From an uncultured candidate division WWE3 bacterium (GTDB lineage: Bacteria > Patescibacteriota > WWE3 > UBA101185 > UBA10185): DNA of 64,000 nt. The notes under the pieces were generated by a model that saw only the letters and a program-made list of their open reading frames with translations, did no database searches and was not told the DNA's origin. Below, one piece after another: positions 1-10,481 of the stretch. A program made the position numbers and the translations under genes. The stretch spans positions 633,943-697,942 of the forward strand of contig CALKWN010000065.1 in the NCBI GenBank assembly GCA_938004185.1, in the 5' to 3' direction. Each line of letters starts with the position of its first letter. Within the stretch, counting starts at the first letter, position 1.

Positions 1-118
1 GATGTTGAAACATTTATGAAACCTACAACTCCGTCTTTTTCGCTGTCCTCAACAATTTCCGAAGGGGTTTTTCCATAGCGTGTATCTTTTAAGTGGCAAT
101 GAGAATCTACGAGCATGT

Positions 119-1975
119 CTACACAATAATAGCTCTGAACTCGTCTCCGTCCAAAGTTTCTTTCTCAAGTAATTTTTCGGCAACTTTGTCCAGCTTTTCC
201 CTGTGTTCTTCAATTATTTTTTTAGCCGTTGTAAAGGCTTCATGAACTATTTTTTCTACTGCGGCGTCAATTTTTGCCGCCATTTCCTCACTTACCTTGT
301 TTCCTTCTTCTATGCCGCGGGCAAGCCAAAACTGACCTCCGCCCAAATCGTATGAAACCGGTCCTAAAGGACTCATTCCCCACTCGGCAACCATTTTTCT
401 TGCTATTCCGGTGGCTTTGTTTATGTCATCAGCAGCACCTATGGTCAGTTCGTTAAATACAGCTTCTTCAGCTGCCCTTCCGCCAAGCATGGTGGATATT
501 ATCGATAACAATCTTGTTTTTGTTTCGTTATATCTATCGCGTTCGGGAGGAAAACTGGTGTGTCCCAGCGAACTCCCGCGCGCAACAATGGAAACTCTGT
601 AAACCGGATCCATATCTTTTACAAAAGTAGAAACTAAAGCGTGACCGGCTTCGTGATACGCAGTCATTTTTCTTTCTTCTTCCGTTTGTAAAGTTTTTCG
701 CTCGGAGCCTAGTGTTACTTTCAAAGCAGCCTCCTCAATATCAGATTGCTGTATTTTAGTCTTGTTGGATCTTGCAGCTAAAATTGCAGCTTCGTTCATC
801 ATGTTTTCAATGTCTGCGCCGCTGAAACCCACGGTCTTTTTTGCTATGTGATCAATTTTCACATCCTCCTCAACCGGCTTATCTTTCATATGAAGTTTAA
901 TTATGGCTTCCCTGTCTTTTAAGTCGGGTAAAACAACAGTTATGCGCCTGTCAAATCTTCCGGGTCTTATCAGGGCCGGATCGAGCATGTCGGGTCGGTT
1001 TGTTGCAGCTAAAACAATAACGTCGGTACGGGTGTCAAAACCGTCCATTTCAATAAGTATTTGGTTTAAAGTTTGTTCTCTTTCATCATGACCTCCGCCG
1101 ATTCCCATTCCGCGCTGTCTTCCTATAGCATCTATTTCGTCTATAAATATAAGGCTGGGCTGATTAGTTCGCGCCATGTTAAAAAGGTCGCGTACTCGCG
1201 AGGATCCTACACCAACGAGCATTTCCATAAACTCACTTCCGGCTACCGAATAGAACGGAACATTCGCCTCACCTGCAATTGCCCTTGCCAATAATGTTTT
1301 TCCTACACCCGACGGACCTACCAATAAAATTCCTTTAGGAATTCGCGCCCCAAGTTTGCGGTACTTTTCAGGATTCTTAAGGAAATCAACAATTTCCATC
1401 ATTTCGGTTTTTGCTTCCTGATTACCAGCTACATTTTCGAAAGTAATCTGAGTTTTACCTTTTTGAAAAAGTCTTGCTCTGCTCTTGCCGAACGAAGCAA
1501 TATCGCTGTTAGCGGTTTTCATTTGTCTGAATATGAAATACAAAATTAAAAGAGGGAATCCGAACATTAACAAAGGTGTTATTATCTGTTCAAACGTTAT
1601 TCTGTGCTCAATTTTTATATCGCCCGCAACTTTTGTTCTATCTACGTTGTTATTAAACAATATCTGATCAAAACTTATGGAACTTTCTTTTTCAGCAGCT
1701 AATTTTGTACCGTCCTTCAACAAAACTTCTATCTTGTCTCCGGCAACTACAACATCCTGAACTTTTTCTTCATTAATAAGTCTGACCAATTCGTTTACAC
1801 CGACATTTTCAGGTTTTGGGGTAAGACTGCCGGCGCCGCCGAAAATCATAAAAAACAAAAAAAGCAAAAAAACGTAGAAAAACACATTACTCCACGGACT
1901 TTTAGGCGTGGAACTGCCCATAAAAGGGAAAGGAATATTTTGTTTTTTCTTGCTCTTACCGTTCTTATTCGCCAT
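119..1975 (-). CDS. ftsH: ATP-dependent zinc metalloprotease FtsH
   Basis: 618 aa. N-terminal TM helices, AAA Walker A '[17 protein letters not shown]', second-region-of-homology motifs, and the zinc-binding HEAGHA motif. Confidence 0.95.
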   Translation of the reverse strand: MANKNGKSKKKQNIPFPFMGSSTPKSPWSNVFFYVFLLFLFFMIFGGAGSLTPKPENVGVNELVRLINEEKVQDVVVAGDKIEVLLKDGTKLAAEKESSISFDQILFNNNVDRTKVAGDIKIEHRITFEQIITPLLMFGFPLLILYFIFRQMKTANSDIASFGKSRARLFQKGKTQITFENVAGNQEAKTEMMEIVDFLKNPEKYRKLGARIPKGILLVGPSGVGKTLLARAIAGEANVPFYSVAGSEFMEMLVGVGSSRVRDLFNMARTNQPSLIFIDEIDAIGRQRGMGIGGGHDEREQTLNQILIEMDGFDTRTDVIVLAATNRPDMLDPALIRPGRFDRRITVVLPDLKDREAIIKLHMKDKPVEEDVKIDHIAKKTVGFSGADIENMMNEAAILAARSNKTKIQQSDIEEAALKVTLGSERKTLQTEEERKMTAYHEAGHALVSTFVKDMDPVYRVSIVARGSSLGHTSFPPERDRYNETKTRLLSIISTMLGGRAAEEAVFNELTIGAADDINKATGIARKMVAEWGMSPLGPVSYDLGGGQFWLARGIEEGNKVSEEMAAKIDAAVEKIVHEAFTTAKKIIEEHREKLDKVAEKLLEKETLDGDEFRAIIV

Positions 1976-1994
1976 AAGCGTGTGAATTATAACA

Positions 1995-2996
1995 TTAAAG
2001 CAGGGGAAGTTTCATTTTTTCCCTGACCTCATCCAGGGTCTTTGCTGCCTCTTTTCTAACCTTCTTGGAACCTTCGGAAATAATCTGCATAACAGCATCG
2101 GTGTCCTTTTCATATTGCGATCTTCTCTCTCTTATAGGCTCTAAAAACTTCTCCAAAGCTACTATCAGCTTTTCTTTTACTTCCACATCCCCGACCTTAC
2201 CTGAAACATACCTTTTCTTAAGATCATCAATCTCATCTTTATCCTTGTTAAAAACATCGTGGTAGACAAAAACCGGATTTCCGTCAACCTTGCCCGGATC
2301 TGAAGGATGGAGTCTATTCGGGTCGGTATACATTTTCATTACTTTTTGTTTAACTTCGTCTTTAGTGTCACTCAAGAAAATTACATTTCCCAAGCTTTTA
2401 GTCATTTTCGTGTTACCGTCAGTTCCTACCAGTCTTGCGACTCTACCTATTAAAGCTTCGGGGATCTTAAATACTTCGCCGTAGGTGCTGTTGAATTTGT
2501 GGGCAACTTCTCTAGTAAGTTCAACATGCGGGTTTTGATCTTCTCCGACCGGCACTAAATCGGCCTTCAGACTCAAAATATCCGAGGCCATCATTAGAGG
2601 AAAGTTTAAAAAACCTAACGAATAACTGTCCCCCAATTCTTTTTCTCTTATTTCATCTTTTATTGTCGGGTTTCTTAGAGCTCTGGAAAAAGGAACGAGC
2701 ATTGAAAGCAAAAGCGCAATTTCATAAATTTCAGGTATAGTCGATTCGGCAAAAAAAGTAACTTTCTCGGGGTCGAGTCCGACAGCTAAATTATCCATTG
2801 CCACCTGCATTATTGAATCTGAAACTATATCGGGCTCTCCAACATATTTGGGGTAGGCAAGGGCGTGGGCGTCAGCCAAAATTATAAAAGTATCATAGGA
2901 ATCCTGAAGTTTCACTCTATTTTCAAGTGACCCTACATAGTGGCCCAGATGAAGGCGGCCGGTTGTATTATCCCCGGTTAAAATTCGTTTTTTCAT
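1995..2996 (-). CDS. trpS: Tryptophanyl-tRNA synthetase
   Basis: 333 aa class I aaRS. HIGH-type motif 'TGRLHLGHY' and KMSKS-type motif 'KMTKSLGN'. Size is typical of TrpRS. Confidence 0.85.
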   Translation of the reverse strand: MKKRILTGDNTTGRLHLGHYVGSLENRVKLQDSYDTFIILADAHALAYPKYVGEPDIVSDSIMQVAMDNLAVGLDPEKVTFFAESTIPEIYEIALLLSMLVPFSRALRNPTIKDEIREKELGDSYSLGFLNFPLMMASDILSLKADLVPVGEDQNPHVELTREVAHKFNSTYGEVFKIPEALIGRVARLVGTDGNTKMTKSLGNVIFLSDTKDEVKQKVMKMYTDPNRLHPSDPGKVDGNPVFVYHDVFNKDKDEIDDLKKRYVSGKVGDVEVKEKLIVALEKFLEPIRERRSQYEKDTDAVMQIISEGSKKVRKEAAKTLDEVREKMKLPLL

Positions 2997-3091
2997 AAAA
3001 AATTAATGTATAAAACTAAGAGTTACTAGGATTAATTTAGCACAAAAATATTATCTTTTCTTCAATTAAAGGGAAAAGTCGCCGAAATTTA

Positions 3092-3170
3092 TGGTGCCAA
3101 CACCAGGGATCGAACCTGGGACCTGTCGCTTATGAAACGACCGCTCTTACCGACTGAGCTATGTTGGCAC
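3092..3170 (-). tRNA. tRNA-Met (anticodon CAT)
   Basis: Read on the minus strand: GTGCCAA...GTCGT-TTCATAA-GCGAC...TTCGATC...CCA. Cloverleaf with anticodon loop TTCATAA; CCA is encoded. Confidence 0.8.
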
Positions 3171-3218
3171 GCTTCCGTAAAAGGATTATACAGTCGAATA
3201 AAAATCTCGGAAATATTT

Positions 3219-3291
3219 TGGTTGCGGGGCCTGGACTCGAACCAGGACCCCCGGATTATGAGCCCGGTGAGGTGCCATTCCTCCACCCCGC
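3219..3291 (-). tRNA. tRNA with CAT anticodon (Met/initiator or Ile-lysidine type)
   Basis: Minus strand: GCGGGGT...CCGGG-CTCATAA-TCCGG...GGTTCGAGTCC...CCA. G/C-rich anticodon stem adjacent to the loop is suggestive of an initiator; the class is not resolvable by eye. Confidence 0.65.
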
Positions 3292-3331
3292 GTTAGTACG
3301 GTTAAAAATCTAACAGATTAGGCCGACAATG

Positions 3332-3730
3332 TCAAAAAAACAGCCTGTACCAAAGATACCAGCTGGGGTCACTTTTGTCTTCAGCCGGTTCATTAACTTT
3401 TTCGTCTGCGGCTGACTCGACCTCGCCTCCCTCAATAACATACACTTTTTCACCCGGTTTTATCATGTTTAAGCTGTTGCGAGCGCTTTCTTCCACATAT
3501 TCCGACGTCTTTTTATACTCTATTCTCTTCAAAATCTCATCCCTCTCCAAAAGGAGGGCCTGTTCCTTTTCTTTAGCCTCTTCGAGCCTCCTCTTACTTC
3601 CTAAAACGTCGATTGTTGATTTTATAATATTAGCGGATGTAATAACCAGAATAATTGATAAAAACACCCTTCCCCGGTTGCCTTTTCTAAACATTAAAAA
3701 CATGGTAGTTAAATAATTGACACTTGGCAA
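3332..3730 (-). CDS. Septum formation initiator (FtsB/DivIC-like) cell division protein
   Basis: N-terminal TM segment, coiled-coil stretch 'RRLEEAKEKEQALLLERDEILKRIE', then 'ARNSLNMIKPGEKVYVI', which resembles the FtsB/DivIC C-terminal signature. The true start is probably an internal Met. Confidence 0.55.
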   Translation of the reverse strand: MPSVNYLTTMFLMFRKGNRGRVFLSIILVITSANIIKSTIDVLGSKRRLEEAKEKEQALLLERDEILKRIEYKKTSEYVEESARNSLNMIKPGEKVYVIEGGEVESAADEKVNEPAEDKSDPSWYLWYRLFF

Positions 3731-3824
3731 GGCAGGTGTTACTATACCCCATAGGATTTTACCTATTGAGGTTTTATTATTTGGTTAAAAAATTCCTCGA
3801 TACACTGCTTAAATAAAACAAACT

Positions 3825-4700
3825 ATGTTAAATCTTGAAATTGCGCATAAAAACTTTATAGAAAAATTAAGAAACGAGGGCAAGTCCGAAGCTACTGTTG
3901 TGGCTTATAGTAAGGACGTTGATCAACTATTAAATCACTTAACCGGAGTTGGTGTTAACCTGGTTAATGAGATTACACTTTCGCACCTGGAGGCTTTCAT
4001 GAAGAAGCTCGAAGACGCGGACTATACAATGAAATCCGTTTCCAGAAAAACCAATGCTACGAGAACTTTCATGAAGTATCTTCACTCCGAAGGTCATATT
4101 ACCGATAATGTTTCTCTTGGATTAAAACATCCCAAACTTGAAAGTAAGGCTCCCAGAATTCTAACTAAAATGGAATACAGAGCTTTAAGAGATGCGACAA
4201 GAAACGATCCAAGAACATACGCAATGATAGAGGTTTTGCTTCAAACAGGAGTGACAATTTCGGAACTTGCTGAAATAAAAACCGAGCACCTCACTATTTC
4301 GGGAACTACCGGAACTCTTTTTGTACCTAAAAAGAACAACAAAGAGGCTAGAACAATACCCCTAAACAAATCCGTCATCGAAGCTATAAACAGATACATG
4401 AACGAAGAAAGATCTATTGTTAAAAGCTCAGGATATTTATTCGTAACCAAAACCGGAAATCCCCTGTTAATAAGAAATATAAGGTCTACTATAGATAGAT
4501 ATTTCAAGGTCGCCGGTGTAGAAAAAGCAAAAGTTAACGATTTAAGACACACTTTTGTCGCGCACCACCTTGCTAACGGAGTAAGCATAATCTATCTTTC
4601 TAAGATTGCAGGACATAAAAGAATTTCAACTACCGAAAGATATCTTCAGTACATCGATAGAGTCGGCGAACAGGAAAAAACTGAACTGGGTATTCTTTAA
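3825..4700 (+). CDS. Tyrosine site-specific recombinase (XerC/XerD-like)
   Basis: 291 aa. C-terminal catalytic box 'HDLRHTFVAHHLANGVSI...GHKRISTTERYLQY' carries the R..H..R..Y residues; SAM-like N-terminal domain. Confidence 0.85.
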   Translation: MLNLEIAHKNFIEKLRNEGKSEATVVAYSKDVDQLLNHLTGVGVNLVNEITLSHLEAFMKKLEDADYTMKSVSRKTNATRTFMKYLHSEGHITDNVSLGLKHPKLESKAPRILTKMEYRALRDATRNDPRTYAMIEVLLQTGVTISELAEIKTEHLTISGTTGTLFVPKKNNKEARTIPLNKSVIEAINRYMNEERSIVKSSGYLFVTKTGNPLLIRNIRSTIDRYFKVAGVEKAKVNDLRHTFVAHHLANGVSIIYLSKIAGHKRISTTERYLQYIDRVGEQEKTELGIL

Positions 4701-4714
4701 GTTGTTATAATCTG

Positions 4715-6001
4715 TTGGTGGGAAGAACGGAAAAAGGTAAAAGAATTTCTAGCTTAATGGGTTTTGTAGATAACTACATAAAAAATCACGACATCAGAAA
4801 AATTGCTGTAAGCATCATCATTTTCGGGCTATCACTTCTAACTTTCATACATCTAACAATAGCGGCTTTCCAGGAAAGATCTCTGGATTTTTACGCTTTT
4901 CTTACAGGAGCAAAAATTCTTGTAGAAAACAAGCAGGAACTATACAACCCATACGTCCAGTATCAAGTACAGGAAGAGCTCTTCAAAGAGGGCTTCGCAT
5001 ATGAGAGAGCTTTTATGGCTTACATTAACCTCCCTTTAAGCGCTGTTCCATACATACCGTTCCTAATAATACCCCCTCACGTATCTGCAGAGCTGGTACA
5101 TTTGGGCACACTTTTGATATTAATTTACTGCATAACAAGACTCTACAAGTTCCACAAAATAAAACCCCTGTCAGGTGTTACTTTAGTTCTCGCTTTCTTC
5201 TACCCGCTGTATTCTTCAATACATTTGGCTCAAATAGGGACATTGATCCTCCTGGTATTAACAGAAATGTATTTAGCTTACATGAAAAGACAAACCACCA
5301 AACTATCTCTTCTGGCTTCACTACTAATACTAAAAATTCAGTATCTCCCAATAGTGGCTTTTATATATGCCATACACCCGGAAAGAAAGAAATATATCTG
5401 TATTGCGGGTCCTCTAACTCTTATTTTTCTTGCCGCCAATTATTTTATTATGGGGCCGGACCTAGTCGCTCAATACATAGCGCTACTGGAGACTTATCAA
5501 ACAGTGCCGGAAAGGTTTGGGATGGCGTACGAAAAAGGCTTAGATATTTACTCAACTCTGCAATATTTTTTCGATGTGTCGGAAAAGATGAAGTTTGTGT
5601 TACCAATTTTTTTGGGAGCACACTTAGCTATGTTTTCATTCATGCGTTCATACAAATTCGATCAAAAAAGAAAAGATCTACTATTCTACTTCATCATACT
5701 TTACAGTTTAATACTGAGCCCCCACACCATGGCTGCTGATTTTGTTTTCCTCATAATACCTATCATCGGCTTGCTTCATAAAACACGATCAAAAGTTTTT
5801 TACGCCATTACAGTATTCGTTCTTAGCCTTTTCTTTTTTTATACAGCCTATGCAACTCAATGGGCACATACAATAATGATATCCATATACGCACTACTCC
5901 TACTCTCCTCAACACTCAAAAAACCCGGAAAAATAGGGAGGTGGGTACAAAACTCAATGGTGGGTGATCCTGGGCTCGAACCAGGAACCGCTCGTGTATA
6001 A
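4715..6001 (+). CDS. Polytopic membrane protein (possible GT-C/DUF2029-like glycosyltransferase)
   Basis: 428 aa with more than 10 predicted TM helices. The last ~14 codons run into the oppositely oriented tRNA-Ile before a stop is reached. The family call is weak. Confidence 0.35.
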   Translation: MVGRTEKGKRISSLMGFVDNYIKNHDIRKIAVSIIIFGLSLLTFIHLTIAAFQERSLDFYAFLTGAKILVENKQELYNPYVQYQVQEELFKEGFAYERAFMAYINLPLSAVPYIPFLIIPPHVSAELVHLGTLLILIYCITRLYKFHKIKPLSGVTLVLAFFYPLYSSIHLAQIGTLILLVLTEMYLAYMKRQTTKLSLLASLLILKIQYLPIVAFIYAIHPERKKYICIAGPLTLIFLAANYFIMGPDLVAQYIALLETYQTVPERFGMAYEKGLDIYSTLQYFFDVSEKMKFVLPIFLGAHLAMFSFMRSYKFDQKRKDLLFYFIILYSLILSPHTMAADFVFLIIPIIGLLHKTRSKVFYAITVFVLSLFFFYTAYATQWAHTIMISIYALLLLSSTLKKPGKIGRWVQNSMVGDPGLEPGTARV

Positions 6002-6033
6002 GACGAGAGCTCTGCCAATTGAGCTAATCACCC
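5958..6033 (-). tRNA. tRNA-Ile (anticodon TAT)
   Basis: Minus strand: GGGTGAT-TA-GCTC-AATTGGC-AGAGC-T-CTCGT-CTTATAC-ACGAG...GGTTCGAGCCC...ATCACCC-A-CCA. The anticodon loop gives UAU. Confidence 0.7.
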
Positions 6034-6061
6034 AAGTAAATAATTTTTTCAAAGTTACTAA

Positions 6062-6215
6062 AATTACACCTAGTACTTCCTTTGAGCCATAGCTCGCTGC
6101 GCTCACTATAGCATCAAACGTAAGATGAATACTTCCTTTGAGCCATAGCTCGCTGCGCTCACTATAGCATCAAACGTAAGACGAGAGCTCTGCCAATTGA
6201 GCTAATCACCCAAAC
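6062..6215. repeat. Tandem ~55-bp duplication plus a 37-nt copy of the tRNA-Ile 5' half
   Basis: The unit 'tacttcctttgagccatagctcgctgcgctcactatagcatcaaacgtaag' occurs twice in tandem. The second copy continues directly into 'acgagagctctgccaattgagctaatcacccaa', which is identical to tRNA-Ile positions -2 to 35. Confidence 0.8.
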
Positions 6216-6275
6216 ATCAAACTAAAAACGACACGCCACTAAACCCGTCCTAACAACAATAAGTACACGTGTAGA

Positions 6276-6617
6276 TTATTCTATTTCATCCGCCAAGTCA
6301 ATTTCCTCTTTCAATGCCGTCTTGTCCTGAATATCCTTGTCTTTTTCAATCATTTGAAGAATTTCCTCGACAGTGTTTATTATAGCGGTCTCAAGATTAT
6401 ACTCGGTGTCATCGCTGAAATACTCTTTGCCTGAAATAACAATGTTAGCCTTAACTTCAAACATTTCGTTGGGAGCTGTGTTCAAAACAATTCGGGCAAA
6501 TTTAGATTCATCGGGAACATTGCCAAACCTCTTCGACACTCTATCAAATTTAGATCTCGCCAAAGCATCCATACTGGGAGACACGGTCATATTGTCTGAA
6601 GTAATTTGATATTTCAT
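6276..6617 (-). CDS. hpf: Ribosome hibernation promoting factor / RaiA family
   Basis: 113 aa. N-terminus 'MKYQITSDNMTVSPSMDALARSKFDRVSKRF' fits the HPF/YfiA pattern 'M.I.ItG.n.evt.al..yv..kl.kl.r'. Confidence 0.65.
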   Translation of the reverse strand: MKYQITSDNMTVSPSMDALARSKFDRVSKRFGNVPDESKFARIVLNTAPNEMFEVKANIVISGKEYFSDDTEYNLETAIINTVEEILQMIEKDKDIQDKTALKEEIDLADEIE

Positions 6618-6669
6618 AAGGTCATTTTAACACCGGTCGTTATACGGCAATACACCGCTGCCGGCGATT

Positions 6670-6897
6670 TTACTCCTTAAAATTTAGTACTTCATTAGCA
6701 CGCTCTACCATTTCCTCAATATCCTTGTCGGTAAAACCGTGAGCTTTTGCCCCGGCCTCTAAAGTGTCAAACGAACTTGCCGCACAACCCACACAATGCA
6801 AACCGTAATCAAGCAAGACCTCGATTATTTCGGGGTGCTTATAAATAATCTCGGCAATATTCGATTCTTTTGTAATGATGTCGTTACTTTTTTTCAT
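6670..6897 (-). CDS. DUF1858-type redox disulfide protein (hybrid-cluster-protein-associated family)
   Basis: 'DYGLHCVGCAASSFDTLEAGAKAHG' CxxC motif typical of DUF1858. Start chosen at the internal MKKSND. Confidence 0.5.
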   Translation of the reverse strand: MKKSNDIITKESNIAEIIYKHPEIIEVLLDYGLHCVGCAASSFDTLEAGAKAHGFTDKDIEEMVERANEVLNFKE

Positions 6898-7258
6898 AAT
6901 CTTCAATTGCTTTTTTAACTGCAATAAGAGCCAGAGTCGCACAACCGATCCTACTCGTAGTGAGATTCAAGTTTAACATACCCAGCAAATCCTCTTTAGA
7001 AAAATTTTTGGCTTCTTCCAAAGTTTTTCCGATTAAATGTTCAAGAAGAACTTCCGAAGATACAACGGTAACAAGACAAGCGCTTCCATCAAAACGGGCG
7101 TCTTTAATAACCCCGTCTTCAACTTTTAACTGAACAACAATGTCGTCACCGCACATAGGGTTTTTCTTAGAAGAAGAAACGTCGGCATCCGAAATAGAAC
7201 CCTTTCTAGCCGGGTTTTTAAAAATATCCATGATTTCTTCTTTGTAAAGGTCGTCCAT
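6884..7258 (-). CDS. sufU: Fe-S cluster assembly scaffold SufU/IscU-like
   Basis: 'FKNPARKGSI...NPMCGDDIVVQLKV...ARFDGSACLV' carries the conserved Cys/Asp ligands of the NifU N-terminal domain. Start codon abuts the sufS stop. Confidence 0.8.
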   Translation of the reverse strand: MDDLYKEEIMDIFKNPARKGSISDADVSSSKKNPMCGDDIVVQLKVEDGVIKDARFDGSACLVTVVSSEVLLEHLIGKTLEEAKNFSKEDLLGMLNLNLTTSRIGCATLALIAVKKAIEDYEKK

Positions 7259-7259
7259 G

Positions 7260-8480
7260 TTACGAAAGCATTTTGAGAGCCCTTTCAACACCCTCCGCTA
7301 ACCTGTCTATATCCGATCTTTCATTGTAGATGTAGTAAGACGCCCTCACCGTAGCCGCCAATCCCAGCTCAACATGTAAAGGCATTGCGCAATGGTGCCC
7401 CGACCTCACGGCAACACCGGATGAATTTAACACGGCCGCAATATCGTGGGCATGAACCTTTTCTGAATAAAACGAAACCAAACCCGTCCTTTCCTCTGCA
7501 TTCATCGGACCGATAATTTTTATTCCCTCGATAGAACCTAACTTTTTTAGAGTGTATTCATTCAGTTCAATTTCATGTTTTCTGACATTTTCCATTCCGA
7601 TTGAAGAAAGATAATCGATCGCTGAAGCAAGACCTACAGCACCATCGACGTTAGGAGTACCGGCTTCGAACTTTTCCGGTATTTGTGCCCACGTAGAATT
7701 TTCGTAGGATACTTCGTCAATCATTCCGCCGCCGAATTTATAGGGCGGTGTCCTTTCCATTAATTCTTTTTTCATAAATAAAACACCTATTCCCATCGGG
7801 GCCAGCATTTTATGCCCTGAAAAAGCGTAAAAATCACAACCAAGATTCTGCACATTTACGGGCAGATGAGGAACAGCCTGAGCTCCGTCAATACAAACTA
7901 AAGCTCCGACAGAATGAGCTTCTTTTGTAATTTCCCTGATATCAAGGATTGTCCCCAAAACATTGGAAGCATGTGCTATGCAAACCAACTTCACTTCGGA
8001 GGACAAATATTTTTTAAATTCCGATAGTTCGATTGTTCCCGAATTATCTGTTTTTATGTACTCTAAAACGACGCCGGTTTCTTTGGCCAAAATCTGCCAC
8101 GGAACCATGTTGCTGTGATGTTCAAAACCCGTTAAAAGTATTTTTCCGCCGTTTTTCAGAGCCTCTTTTCCGGCTGAAAATGCAACCAAGTTTATCGACT
8201 CGGTGGTTCCCGATGTAAAAATAATTTCTTCCGGAACAGACGCGTTTATAAACGAGGCAATTTTTTTTCTCGCACCTTCATACAGTTCCGAAGCTTCTTC
8301 ACTTAACGTGTGAATTCCGCGATGAACATTTGAGTTATTCTGCAAGTAATAATTTTTAACCGCATCAATAACCTGCAAAGGTTTTTGAGAAGTCGCGGCG
8401 TTATCTAAATAAACTAACGGGTTTTCGTTAATTTTTCTTTCGAGAATCGGAAAATCTTTTTTAATATCAGAAATAATCAT
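7260..8480 (-). CDS. sufS: Cysteine desulfurase SufS (class V aminotransferase)
   Basis: 406 aa. PLP-lysine region 'FYAFSGHKMLAPMGIGVLF' and active-site Cys region 'RSGHHCAMPL'. Confidence 0.9.
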   Translation of the reverse strand: MIISDIKKDFPILERKINENPLVYLDNAATSQKPLQVIDAVKNYYLQNNSNVHRGIHTLSEEASELYEGARKKIASFINASVPEEIIFTSGTTESINLVAFSAGKEALKNGGKILLTGFEHHSNMVPWQILAKETGVVLEYIKTDNSGTIELSEFKKYLSSEVKLVCIAHASNVLGTILDIREITKEAHSVGALVCIDGAQAVPHLPVNVQNLGCDFYAFSGHKMLAPMGIGVLFMKKELMERTPPYKFGGGMIDEVSYENSTWAQIPEKFEAGTPNVDGAVGLASAIDYLSSIGMENVRKHEIELNEYTLKKLGSIEGIKIIGPMNAEERTGLVSFYSEKVHAHDIAAVLNSSGVAVRSGHHCAMPLHVELGLAATVRASYYIYNERSDIDRLAEGVERALKMLS

Positions 8481-8484
8481 ACTA

Positions 8485-9072
8485 TCAGGATTTTACATCA
8501 GCCCGAACTTTTTCTCTAACATCCGGGTCTAAAATTTTGGCCACGATATTTTCAAAAAAACCTTCGGCAATTAAATTTTCGGCTTCGCTTCTTGCAAGCC
8601 CTCTGCTTGTTAAGTAAAAAGTTTCAGCCTCGCCCACTCTTCCGGTTGTCGAACCGTGCGAAGCTTTAACATCATCATTTTCTATTTCAAGTATAGGTCG
8701 GGTTGTGTTTTTGGTTTTTTCTCCCATAACCAAAGTTTTGTTATCCAAGTATGAGTTAGTCTGTGAAGCTTTTTTTCGGATGATAATTTTGCCGGTGTAA
8801 TCAGATGAGGCTTGTTCATCCAAAATAATCCGGTAGTTTGTGACGCAGGAGGTACCGGCTACTAAGTGATTAGCGGTCGTTTTTATTGTAACAGAGACGT
8901 TTTTTCCTATCCTACCCAAAACCGATAATTCGCAACTCAAACCTTCTTTTTTTAGATTTAGTTCGATGTCGGCGGAATAAGACGAACCGTCTTTTACAAT
9001 AAAAATATACTGAGTGTTTTCATCCGGCGTTAATGTAATATTCGGTTTTAGTTCGGAATAAACTGATTTCAT
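8485..9072 (-). CDS. sufD: SufD-like Fe-S assembly protein (short form)
   Basis: 195 aa. The C-terminal 'FYLTSRGLARSEAENLIAEGFF' motif is shared with SufB/SufD. Confidence 0.6.
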   Translation of the reverse strand: MKSVYSELKPNITLTPDENTQYIFIVKDGSSYSADIELNLKKEGLSCELSVLGRIGKNVSVTIKTTANHLVAGTSCVTNYRIILDEQASSDYTGKIIIRKKASQTNSYLDNKTLVMGEKTKNTTRPILEIENDDVKASHGSTTGRVGEAETFYLTSRGLARSEAENLIAEGFFENIVAKILDPDVREKVRADVKS

Positions 9073-10481
9073 TAACCTACGCTCCCTTCCATTTCAAGTT
9101 CAATCAAACGATTAAGTTCTACTGCGTACTCCATCGGAAGCTCACGAACGATCGGCTCGATAAAACCCGAAACAATAAGACCCATTGCCTCACTTTCAGA
9201 AAGACCGCGACTCATTAGGTAAAATAATTTTTCTTCGCCAACTTTGCTTACCGTAGCCTCGTGCTCAACATTTGCACCGCTCTCGTTTATTTTCATTAAC
9301 GGAAACGTATCGGTAGCTGAGTCGGAATCTAAAATTAAAGCATCACATTCAACACGGGATTTTGATTTTGGAGCCAAAGGAGTTATATCTACCAAACCGC
9401 GGTAGCTGGTTCTTCCTCCTTTTAGACTTACCGATTTTGAAATTATGTTCGACGAAGTGTTAGGCGCCGCGTGAATCATTTTTGCGCCGGCGTCCTGGTG
9501 CTGACCTTTTGAAGCATACGCAACAGACAACACTTCACCCCTAGCATTTTCTCCTACCAAATAACAAGAAGGGTATTTCATCGTGACTTTTGAACCGAGA
9601 TTCCCATCAACCCACTCCATTATGGCGTCTTTTTCAACCCGCGCCCTTTTTGTAACAAGGTTATAAACATTATCAGACCAGTTTTGTATCGTGGTATACC
9701 TAAAACGGGCTCCGGGCTTAACAATAACTTCAACCACAGCTGCGTGCAGAGAATTCGAAGAATAAACTGGGGCCGTGCACCCCTCAACATAGTGGGCAAA
9801 ACTCCCCTCATCAGCAATTATTAAAGTTCTTTCGAACTGCCCCATATTTTGAGCATTTATCCTAAAATAGGCTTGCAAAGGACGTTTTACGGTCACTCCC
9901 TTAGGAATGTAAACAAAAGAACCTCCCGACCATACGGCACTATTAAGAGCCGAAAATTTATTATCTCCGGCCGGCACTACTTTTCCGAAATATTCTCTGA
10001 AAAGGTCAGGATATTTTTTTAAAGCTTCGTCGGTTGATAAAAATATGACACCTTCTTCTTCAAGCTCATTTTTAAGTGAGGAGTATGCAACTTCCGAATC
10101 GTACTGAGCTTTTACACCGGCAAGAAATTCTCTTTCAGCCTGAGGAACTCCCAACCGATCAAATGTATTTTTAATTTCTTCAGGAACTTCCTCCCAAGTT
10201 CTCTTTTCTGTATCAGTCGGTTTAACGTAATAATAAATGTCCTGAAAATCTATTTTCGAAAGATCCGCTCCCCAATCCGGCATTTTTTTGGAGTTAAACA
10301 CCTCGAATGCTTTTAATCTAAATTTAATCATCCAGTCCGGCTCATTTTTACTTTTGGAAATTTGTTCGATAATTTTTTCCGTCAAACCTTTTTCTGCTTT
10401 CAAAAAAGATTTTTCGGGCATATTGAAACCGTACTTTGTATCGTAAGTATCCCGAATGTCCTTAATATTTTTTTTATTCAT
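9072..10481 (-). CDS. sufB: Fe-S cluster assembly protein SufB
   Basis: C-terminal '[21 protein letters not shown]'. Length and position between sufC and sufD fit. Start taken at the internal MNKKNIKD so that it abuts the sufC stop. Confidence 0.85.
   Translation of the reverse strand: MNKKNIKDIRDTYDTKYGFNMPEKSFLKAEKGLTEKIIEQISKSKNEPDWMIKFRLKAFEVFNSKKMPDWGADLSKIDFQDIYYYVKPTDTEKRTWEEVPEEIKNTFDRLGVPQAEREFLAGVKAQYDSEVAYSSLKNELEEEGVIFLSTDEALKKYPDLFREYFGKVVPAGDNKFSALNSAVWSGGSFVYIPKGVTVKRPLQAYFRINAQNMGQFERTLIIADEGSFAHYVEGCTAPVYSSNSLHAAVVEVIVKPGARFRYTTIQNWSDNVYNLVTKRARVEKDAIMEWVDGNLGSKVTMKYPSCYLVGENARGEVLSVAYASKGQHQDAGAKMIHAAPNTSSNIISKSVSLKGGRTSYRGLVDITPLAPKSKSRVECDALILDSDSATDTFPLMKINESGANVEHEATVSKVGEEKLFYLMSRGLSESEAMGLIVSGFIEPIVRELPMEYAVELNRLIELEMEGSVG

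Noticed and set aside
274-1667. Several 60-73-aa plus-strand ORFs inside ftsH (274-456, 411-602, 903-1091, 1073-1294, 1485-1667)
   Set aside because: They are antisense to a highly confident, motif-rich ftsH reading frame, and they lack RBSs and any recognisable features.
3089-3286. 65-aa minus-strand ORF between trpS and the FtsB-like gene
   Set aside because: It lies entirely over the two CAT-anticodon tRNA genes. It is a by-product of the tRNA sequence, not a coding gene.
3825-4700. Tyrosine recombinase as the integrase of a second island (it sits between tRNA clusters)
   Set aside because: Its small size (291 aa) is typical of chromosome-dimer resolvases XerC/XerD. No direct repeats of the adjacent tRNA-Met or tRNA-Ile 3' ends were found flanking a cargo region, and the neighbouring genes are housekeeping or membrane genes.
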